Positions 57,199 to 64,000 of a DNA stretch of 64,000 bases are shown here, piece after piece. Made by a program: the position numbers and the translations under genes. The notes beneath the pieces were generated by a model, which worked only from the letters and a program-made list of their open reading frames with translations, made no database searches and was not told the origin of the DNA. Position 1 is the first letter of the stretch. The number at the start of each line of letters is the position of its first letter. Source of the stretch: Candidatus Iainarchaeum sp. (GTDB taxonomy: Archaea > Iainarchaeota > Iainarchaeia > Iainarchaeales > VGJJ01); assembly GCA_043803765.1 (NCBI GenBank), contig JAZDJQ010000012.1, positions 109,194 through 173,193 on the forward strand, in the 5' to 3' direction.

Positions 57199-58122
57199 TT
57201 ATGAGAGGGCATCTCGGAGAAACAAAATAATCTCCTTTTCATATTTGGTGACCATTCCAATGTAACTGTGTCCGAGTAATCGGTCTAGAATGAGAGTGGA
57301 ACTCACACCATTGGACAACAATTGCTGATGGAACGCCTTACTCATCGTGTAATCCAGCGTCGAATCCGGAACACCATGCAAAATAAGGAAGGGCGAGTCT
57401 CCCCCACTCACATGAGTAACAGGACTGGCAAGAGCCCAAGCACTAGGGCAATCACGATAGGCACATCCCATGTAGGTAGTAATGGGTCCAGAACCACTAA
57501 GGGCAGGGAAATCCACGACCCCAAATAAGTCCACCACGGCCTGAACGTTACTTCTTTGTTCCAAATTTCCCCCAACCGTTCCCTCCAATTCGGATATTCC
57601 ATAACTCGTTCCTACCAGCGAGGCCAAATTTCCTCCGGAAGAACTACCAACCACAGCAATTCGGGTTGGATCTATTTTGTATTCGGCTGCGTGAGCCCTA
57701 ATCCAGCGAATGGCTCCCTTCGAATCATGAATGGCGGCAGGGAAATGATTGGAGGAAGAAGTCGATAACCGATAATTGATGCTAATGGCCACAAATCCCT
57801 CTTCCGCAAGGGCACGACAAAAATTCCCGCACAAACTCTTGTCCCCACCGGTCCAACCGCCGCCATGAATGTATACAACCGCAGGGAAAGCATTCGTTGG
57901 CTTCCCAGGAGTGACCTTTGGGATTTCACGGGTGTAAACGTCCAACTTCAAGGTCTCCGTGCCAACGGTAGCGTAGGGAATGTCGTATATCACTTTCACC
58001 CCTGAAACCCCTTTCTGAACAATCGCTTGCCCCGCTGGAACGGATTGTGCAGCCACCATAATAGCGAAGACTATCAAAAGAACACCCGCATATACCAAAA
58101 ATTGCATGCCCTTCTGCCACAT
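57199..58122 (-). CDS. secreted alpha/beta hydrolase (HGGG-type esterase)
   Basis: HGGGW, INYRL, GSSSGG, LHG..D, H. Confidence 0.9.
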   Translation of the reverse strand: MWQKGMQFLVYAGVLLIVFAIMVAAQSVPAGQAIVQKGVSGVKVIYDIPYATVGTETLKLDVYTREIPKVTPGKPTNAFPAVVYIHGGGWTGGDKSLCGNFCRALAEEGFVAISINYRLSTSSSNHFPAAIHDSKGAIRWIRAHAAEYKIDPTRIAVVGSSSGGNLASLVGTSYGISELEGTVGGNLEQRSNVQAVVDLFGVVDFPALSGSGPITTYMGCAYRDCPSAWALASPVTHVSGGDSPFLILHGVPDSTLDYTMSKAFHQQLLSNGVSSTLILDRLLGHSYIGMVTKYEKEIILFLRDALS

Positions 58123-58398
58123 GACACCGAAACATAGTCATAGGCAAATATATAAATCGTGCCCATTTATAACGAACTTTGGCCGTATTACATCGAACGA
58201 CAGTCTCATGTACATAATGGGGAAAATAGTCGTATCCTCTTTGGACGATTACTCCCTAAAAAGAAAATGAGTGCACTTTGACTTTACAGGAAAATGCTCT
58301 AAGCGGAAGCCGAAATAAAAAACATTTCAAGCCGCTTATCCAAGATATTTCTTGAACCATTGCATCATCAACTCAATCTCACACCCGTTTCAAACCGG

Positions 58399-59544
58399 TC
58401 ATGTCTTCAACAGCCAGTCGAATATTTCTTTCTCTCCGCATAGCAGAGTCGTTTTGGCCTTCTTGAATTCAGTGGAGAATTCCTTTAGCGATTCGTTTTC
58501 ACGAGCAGGGGGGGTTTTCTCCCAACAAACATTTACGGCGCGAACAGCTTCTCCTTCTTTCATCACTAAATCCACTTCATGCTTCCCCTTCCAGTAATAC
58601 AAATCATGGTTTCGGCGCTTACATTCAATAGCGACTGCATTCTCCGCCAACCGACCCGTATCAGGAGTAAACGACTTGGTGGCATACTGCTGCATCCCCA
58701 AATCATAGGCATACACTTTTCGCGGCCGCGTAAGAGATTGTTTCATGGAATAGGCGAAAAAAGGAACCTGAAAAACCAAAAAGGATGTTTCCAATGCATC
58801 TAAATACTGCCGAATCGTGTCATAGCTCAACCCCGTAAATGAACGGAGCTGTTTCAAACTGGTTTCCTTCCCCGTATTAGTCAAAAGATAATAGGCAAAA
58901 TTCCGCAATCCTGTTATGTCACGAATATTGTATCGCGACGCAATATCTTTAACCAGTGCCAGCTCAAAATAGGATTGAAACAGTTTTTGTTTTTCATCCG
59001 GATGCAACGTTACTTCAGGATAACCCCCCGCGCGCAAATAATCATCTAACTTTCTGCCCGTGACGCGTTGATACTCCTTAAATGATAAAGGCAAAACCTG
59101 AAATCCAATCCCTCTCCCACCCAAAGATGTAGCAAATTCACCACTCAACAATTTGGCGCTCGAACCGGTCACAATGACTTGACACTGGCGCGTGTCCACC
59201 GCTCGACGAACCCATTTCTCCCAACCATCAATCAATTGAATTTCATCCAAAACAATCGTATCCTTCGCACTCAAACCAAAAACAACATCATCCAGCAAGG
59301 ACACATTCAATTCACCCACCAACGAAGGATCTTCCAGATTCACATATCGGCGAGTGGTTTTGGACGGGAGTTGATCCAGAATTCTGCGCGCCAGCGTGGA
59401 TTTTCCAGCTTGCCGAGGGCCATAGAGGTAAACCACATGCCGGTTGCTCACATATCGTAAAACATCCGACTCAATATCACGAGCAAACGTGGAACCCTTC
59501 AATTTCCACTTTTCCAGCAACTTATCCAATTGGGCAGAATCCAT
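58399..59544 (-). CDS. AAA ATPase with DUF4143 domain
   Basis: GPRQAGKS, LDEIQ, TGSS, GGYP, KVYAYDLG, ENAV, EVD. Confidence 0.92.
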   Translation of the reverse strand: MDSAQLDKLLEKWKLKGSTFARDIESDVLRYVSNRHVVYLYGPRQAGKSTLARRILDQLPSKTTRRYVNLEDPSLVGELNVSLLDDVVFGLSAKDTIVLDEIQLIDGWEKWVRRAVDTRQCQVIVTGSSAKLLSGEFATSLGGRGIGFQVLPLSFKEYQRVTGRKLDDYLRAGGYPEVTLHPDEKQKLFQSYFELALVKDIASRYNIRDITGLRNFAYYLLTNTGKETSLKQLRSFTGLSYDTIRQYLDALETSFLVFQVPFFAYSMKQSLTRPRKVYAYDLGMQQYATKSFTPDTGRLAENAVAIECKRRNHDLYYWKGKHEVDLVMKEGEAVRAVNVCWEKTPPARENESLKEFSTEFKKAKTTLLCGEKEIFDWLLKT

Positions 59545-59742
59545 AGACCAAAAAGAGAGTAAAAGGACTTAAAAAAGGTTACGTTATATCGTAATCGTTT
59601 ATAAAAGAAAGAATCGCTAACATCACAAAAGAGCCACACGAAAGGGATTGATTAATGGCTATTCGGAATGAAATAACAGCATTGTCAAATCTCCAAACCA
59701 CATGCATGACGAAAAGGGGACGAGCATGTTGTTTCGCATTTT

Positions 59743-59796
59743 ATGCCCCTGGCAGGGTAAGAGTATTGGGATAGGAGCCCGCGGTTTCCTCTATGA
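59743..59796. repeat. 54-bp intergenic repeat, copy 1
   Basis: 43/54 identical to 63860-63913. Confidence 0.85.
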
Positions 59797-59843
59797 AAAA
59801 ACTACGGAAAATGAAGAGTATTAATACCTATTCTATAGACAAA

Positions 59844-60806
59844 TCAGTATGATGTCGTGCGAACCAGGTGATAGGGTCTCCAATCTGGATGCTTGATTTG
59901 GGTAGCTAACCACAAATGGTCATTCACGTGTATAGGTGTGATAGCAGGATATTTCTTCCTCACTTCATCCGCAATTTTTTCTAAGGCGTAAACGGTATTA
60001 CCCCTAATTTCATTCTCCTCTTGACTATCACGTATCAGCAACTTTTGATTATCCACTTGGTTGGCAAGTGGCTTGGAGTAAAGAAGAATTCCCTTTTCCC
60101 TGAGAATTTGAGGCACTTTGTAGTCCGCAAGTCCTGTTAGCAAGTGAAGATTCTTCAATTTTCCAATCTTTTTCTTTTGGAACACATTTGCGATGTCCGA
60201 GACAAGCAACTGAGCACGTTTATGAAAAAAACACGTTTTTCCCTTGAACGTGCTGGTATCGTTAAAAGAAGGAAATCTATTAATTATTTTTTCGAGTAAA
60301 AGCATAGCATCGTAGTTGGATTGCTCAATTATCTCTGATAAATCCCTCGATTTTGAGGCAAGGAGTCCAGCACCGCACTCACGAATGTGTTTCAGTCGTT
60401 CATCCAGGAGTGGTATCTCAACATTGCCACGCAAAATATGGGAAAACTTGGTTCGATTCAATTTCGACAGCGATTCAGGAGTGAGCTCGAATTCCTTTTC
60501 TTCGATTCTGCGGAAGAGTGCAGCCATCATACCATATGCTCCATCTAACGGTCTGCCTTGATATTGAATGGTCCACTTTGGGCGCCCCCAATAACTAAAA
60601 CTTACCGCGTTGCATACTAGAAGAAAGTTCAAGCGTTCCGACTCGGACAAGCATGAAATATCAATTGGTGCTTGATTGAACCAGTGCGCGACGTGTTCTT
60701 CGGAGAAGGTCTGGGCAAACCGTTTGGCTGCAGCATCGTCGATTTGAACTAAATCCGAATTTTCAGCAATAAATTTAGCGCTAGTCAAAACCGGATTCAT
60801 CATCAA
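59844..60806 (-). CDS. queuosine salvage (DUF2419/QNG1-like) N-glycosylase
   Basis: FHKRAQLLVSD, ADYKVPQIL, ENEIRG, DHLW, PYH.VRTTSY. Confidence 0.9.
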   Translation of the reverse strand: MMMNPVLTSAKFIAENSDLVQIDDAAAKRFAQTFSEEHVAHWFNQAPIDISCLSESERLNFLLVCNAVSFSYWGRPKWTIQYQGRPLDGAYGMMAALFRRIEEKEFELTPESLSKLNRTKFSHILRGNVEIPLLDERLKHIRECGAGLLASKSRDLSEIIEQSNYDAMLLLEKIINRFPSFNDTSTFKGKTCFFHKRAQLLVSDIANVFQKKKIGKLKNLHLLTGLADYKVPQILREKGILLYSKPLANQVDNQKLLIRDSQEENEIRGNTVYALEKIADEVRKKYPAITPIHVNDHLWLATQIKHPDWRPYHLVRTTSY

Positions 60807-60813
60807 TCATTCC

Positions 60814-61080
60814 TCAGAAGAATTGTCGATACCATCGTTCATATTCCTTGTGGTTTCCCACGAAATAGAATCGGACTTCCTTGTTCTCTTCGAACACACG
60901 ATAAATTATTCGGTCGGAACCAGATTCATCCACGAAAAACCGTGCGCCTTTCTTGAGATGACGCTTTTGAGGAAACTCCAGAATCTTCTTAATCTTCTTG
61001 GCTACACGCTCTTTGGCAGTGGAGTCCAACGTATCAAAGTATTTCGGCCATTCTTCAACAAAGGTGGGATGGTAAGAAAT
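60814..61080 (-). CDS. RelE-like toxin, start codon unclear (ATT?)
   Basis: EEWPKYFDTLD...RIIYRV...FVGNHKEYERWY. Confidence 0.75.
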   Translation of the reverse strand: MSYHPTFVEEWPKYFDTLDSTAKERVAKKIKKILEFPQKRHLKKGARFFVDESGSDRIIYRVFEENKEVRFYFVGNHKEYERWYRQFF

Positions 61081-61086
61081 GCAGCA

Positions 61087-61329
61087 TCACTTCACGTGTT
61101 TCGAATACTTACCCAATGCTTCATCTGCATTTAGAAGCTTTCGCTTTCCTGCCTTGATGTCTGCGTCAATTTGGTCCAGCTTCCGATTAACCAACTCGAC
61201 CTCACCCAAATGATGCTCTCCAAAATTGATTAAGGCCAATCTCACGGCTTCAGATTGTGTATTGGCATACCCCTCTTCCACCATCGTTTCCGCAATCGCC
61301 TTGGTTTTCCCTTTCAAAATAACATTCAT
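61087..61329 (-). CDS. ribbon-helix-helix antitoxin-like protein
   Basis: MVEEGYANTQSEAVRLAL; GGTGA SD. Confidence 0.8.
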   Translation of the reverse strand: MNVILKGKTKAIAETMVEEGYANTQSEAVRLALINFGEHHLGEVELVNRKLDQIDADIKAGKRKLLNADEALGKYSKHVK

Positions 61330-61396
61330 ACAGTCACCAATATTCATAACCGATTAAATGATTTAAATATGTATCGATTATGATTCAAAATGAATT

Positions 61397-61423
61397 ATGC
61401 CCTATTCGGGATTTGAACCTGCA
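61397..61423 (-). repeat. degenerate tRNA 3'-end fragment
   Basis: minus strand reads GCAGGTTCAAATCCCGAATAGGGCA (T-loop plus acceptor 3' strand). Confidence 0.65.
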
Positions 61424-61465
61424 TTTCGCAGTAGGTGCCATTTTATGGGCTACTTATCCGCTAAA

Positions 61466-61633
61466 TTAGTCAAAAAATCGATCTTTTGGCTTTCGTAAAA
61501 AGTTCTCCACATCCAACGGATAGTAATCAATAGACCCATCCTTATTCTTCCCAACTGTTTGACCATACATAAATTTTTGGAAAGCATTCCAACGATTTTT
61601 GCCAATTCGTGCAATGACTTCTTTTTTGTCCAT
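61466..61633 (-). CDS. 55-aa protein absent from the ORF track
   Basis: GGAGTGGTGAT SD; MDKKEVIARIGKNRWNAFQKFMYGQT...DRFFD*. Confidence 0.65.
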   Translation of the reverse strand: MDKKEVIARIGKNRWNAFQKFMYGQTVGKNKDGSIDYYPLDVENFLRKPKDRFFD

Positions 61634-61646
61634 ATCACCACTCCTT

Positions 61647-62624
61647 TCAATTGAGTCTCCGATGCTTTATCTGACTAAGGAATTCTTCATAGCAAAATTT
61701 AACAAAAAACGATTCGTTTCCCGATTCAACCGATCGAATAAGTTCTTTGAAGTAAGCCGCGGTATTCTTTGAAATATTCAGGATAGGATAGCCCGCATCT
61801 TGGAGAACTTTATTGAACAACAATCGGCACATGCGCTTGTTCCCATCCTTAAATGGGTGAATGAGATATAATTTCAAATGCACAAGCCCGGCCAGTTCTA
61901 ACGGATGAATATTCTTATTTTTATCCAACCATACAAAAAAAGTATCCAGCTCCTTCTCCACTTTGGCAGGAGCAGGCGGACGATAATCAATCTCCTCGCT
62001 TTTCATTGTCAATGGATTAAATCTGGCGATTATGCGTTGGTCGTCACGCAGCTGCCCAGGACTTTTGTCTTCGAAAGTTGTCATTACGATTCCATGTAAG
62101 CGCAGAATATCTTTCTTGTTCCATTGAATACTGGGTAAATAGTTGAATCCTGTAATCATCGAACTCGAAATAATAACTTTACTATCCATGGTTAGTTTCT
62201 TTTTTCGCTTATCAATAATTTCAAACGCGGTCTCGACATCGGCATAATCGACGTCCACTCCTTCCGTACGAAGAGTGGTAAAAACAAAATGAACGACTTG
62301 ATTCTTATCATATTCTTCTCTTTGTTTCTTGCTTAGTTTTTGAAAACGAGAAATAAAGTTATCCTTTACTTGCTCAACTCCGGCCAGTTCTTTTCTTGAA
62401 AGAATATAAAATTGATATTGATCAAGAATTTTATCGTATAGAGAAGTAAGAGTTTGTTTTACTTTCTCTTGCAGCTCTTTTTCTTTTTTCTTAAATTCAG
62501 TTTCAGAAGGCTTCGTTCTCCCAAGATAGAGACGAACCTTACGAACTTTTTTCCCGATACGATAACTTTTTCCCAAATAATAGTATTTGTTTCCTTTCAC
62601 CGTTCTTTCGATTATTTTACCCAT
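61647..62624 (-). CDS. Fic family protein with N-terminal beta-rich domain
   Basis: HPFKDGNKRMCR; ERTVKGNKYYYL. Confidence 0.92.
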   Translation of the reverse strand: MGKIIERTVKGNKYYYLGKSYRIGKKVRKVRLYLGRTKPSETEFKKKEKELQEKVKQTLTSLYDKILDQYQFYILSRKELAGVEQVKDNFISRFQKLSKKQREEYDKNQVVHFVFTTLRTEGVDVDYADVETAFEIIDKRKKKLTMDSKVIISSSMITGFNYLPSIQWNKKDILRLHGIVMTTFEDKSPGQLRDDQRIIARFNPLTMKSEEIDYRPPAPAKVEKELDTFFVWLDKNKNIHPLELAGLVHLKLYLIHPFKDGNKRMCRLLFNKVLQDAGYPILNISKNTAAYFKELIRSVESGNESFFVKFCYEEFLSQIKHRRLN

Positions 62625-62631
62625 AACAATA

Positions 62632-62704
62632 TGACTACATTTAAGTATATAAAATGTAGTCACAACTTGGAGACTACGTCATTTGAAACAAGTTGTAGTC
62701 ACAA
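62632..62704 (-). promoter_or_regulatory. TATA box flanked by inverted-repeat operator
   Basis: TGACTACATTT-9-AAATGTAGTCA; second TGTAGTCACAA at 62694. Confidence 0.7.
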
Positions 62705-62824
62705 TTGCCCCAAGCGTGGGATGTTCTATCTTGTTCATTAGTAATGCACACTATTGTATAAGGTTGAATTTGTAGATAGTATTAGCGCATAAAGTCTAAC
62801 ATCGTAAAACAAATTGTTATCCGC

Positions 62825-63775
62825 CTAGTTTTCTTTTTTCATTTGAGCATAGTTTTCTTTTAGCTGTTCGACCAGAAAGTGAGTAAACGGGCCATATTCA
62901 GTACGATGCCCCTTTTCTTGGGTTTCAAAATAGGGATCACGTTTCAATACGGGAATATTGGTAAAGGGAAATCCATTGAACTGCAAAATATAGTTCATGA
63001 TTAATCGTGCCATTCGTCCGTTTCCATCCGCAAAGGGGTGAATAGTAGTGAACATGCAATGGGTCATGGCTGCGAGTTCAACAGGGTGTATTAAATCATT
63101 ATTTTTCTGATAATCTTCCATCATTTCTTTCATCATTTTGGGAACTTGAGAATGGGGAGGAAAATGAAACGAGCTCACACGAAGGAAAACGTTAACCGGA
63201 CGCCAGATTCCTTTGTATTGGTCGTAATCCGGAATTTTGTTTAGCAGAGTCGTATGCCATTCCAAAATGAGTTTTTCGTCTAACTCTCGTTTTTGAGTCA
63301 AGCTTTCTTCAAATTGAACGAGACACCGCTCCATGTTCAATACTTCCAAGCGTTCACGTTGGCTCCCCAACCGCGCCCCCAACCGAAGTATTCGCTGGGT
63401 TTCATCTAACGAGAGAGTGCTTCCCTCAATCGCATTCGTGTTAGTTATAAATTTATCTCGTTCGCGCTCAACCCATTGCTTCTTTTGTTTAGCACTTAAT
63501 TGATCGAGAAACAATTGTGTTTCTTGCTTAATGGCTTCCAGCTTGACTGCAGTCTTGACATCAATAAAACGAGTTTTGGATTTTAATAATTGTTCTCGAT
63601 AAAAAGATTTAACTTTTTGGTCGAGCTTTTTTCTAAACGACGCTAATTTTGATTTAGCCGGATTAATAGCCCCTAAATAGAGATACACCTTTCGAACTTT
63701 TTTCCCGATGCGGATACTCCGTTCCAGATAGTAGTATGGTTTCCCTTTCACGGTTCGCTGAATGACCTTTCCCAT
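62825..63775 (-). CDS. Fic family protein with N-terminal beta-rich domain
   Basis: HPFADGNGRMAR; TNAIEG; QRTVKGKPYYYL. Confidence 0.92.
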   Translation of the reverse strand: MGKVIQRTVKGKPYYYLERSIRIGKKVRKVYLYLGAINPAKSKLASFRKKLDQKVKSFYREQLLKSKTRFIDVKTAVKLEAIKQETQLFLDQLSAKQKKQWVERERDKFITNTNAIEGSTLSLDETQRILRLGARLGSQRERLEVLNMERCLVQFEESLTQKRELDEKLILEWHTTLLNKIPDYDQYKGIWRPVNVFLRVSSFHFPPHSQVPKMMKEMMEDYQKNNDLIHPVELAAMTHCMFTTIHPFADGNGRMARLIMNYILQFNGFPFTNIPVLKRDPYFETQEKGHRTEYGPFTHFLVEQLKENYAQMKKEN

Positions 63776-63778
63776 AAT

Positions 63779-63858
63779 AGTTATACCCACAAAGAAGTAT
63801 ATAAAATGTGGTTATAACTTTTGTAACTACAATTCTTCTTCTATTTTATAGTTATAAC
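63779..63858 (-). promoter_or_regulatory. TATA box flanked by inverted-repeat operator
   Basis: AGTTATACCCACA / TGTGGTTATAACT (12/13) plus a second weaker pair. Confidence 0.65.
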
Positions 63859-63859
63859 G

Positions 63860-63913
63860 ATGCCCCGAGCGGGGTAGGCACATTGGGAAAGGAGCCCGCG
63901 TATTACTCTATGA
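63860..63913. repeat. 54-bp intergenic repeat, copy 2
   Basis: ATGCCCCGAGCGGGG...AGGAGCCCGCG...CTCTATGA. Confidence 0.85.
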
Positions 63914-64000
63914 TTCCATTAAGACGCACGAGGTAAATAACCCTTTCGTGATGTCCGTTAGTGTCCGATTTCTCAAACCCGTCAGGGACGTCAACCATTT

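Noticed and set aside
61450-61650. 66-aa ORF from the track
   Set aside because: An overlapping frame (61466-61633) has ATG with a strong SD and a more protein-like sequence

Overview
AT-rich archaeal chromosome segment. GatD, 'GQ'-type class III (pilin) signal peptides, an archaeal-type tRNA-Tyr (C1:G72, short variable arm) and TATA boxes about 25 nt before many ATGs point to a DPANN-like archaeon; Iainarchaeota/Diapherotrites is my inference only. Housekeeping content: four tRNAs (Asp, Tyr, Pro, Thr), gatD, bcp, mutY, mscL, lemA-TPM, mgtE, prs, an ABC-F ATPase, a compact [NiFe]-hydrogenase locus and several large surface proteins. Main signal: about 10 kb downstream of tRNA-Tyr (16570-26681, minus strand) is an array of about 7 small (0.5-3.6 kb) cargo cassettes. 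They are separated by copies of the tRNA 3' end (exact 12-mer AGTCCCGCCTCC six times including the tRNA, plus degenerate copies). Several cassettes share homologous left and right ends but carry unrelated genes (toxin-antitoxin pairs, Fic, UDG-like, NDT-like, TauE, ABM, carbamoyltransferase cluster), and I see no integrase in the window. A second, similar array based on a different tRNA-like 3' end (TGCCCC...) appears at 59.7-64 kb and runs off the window edge. All product calls come from motif recognition by eye; no searches were run.
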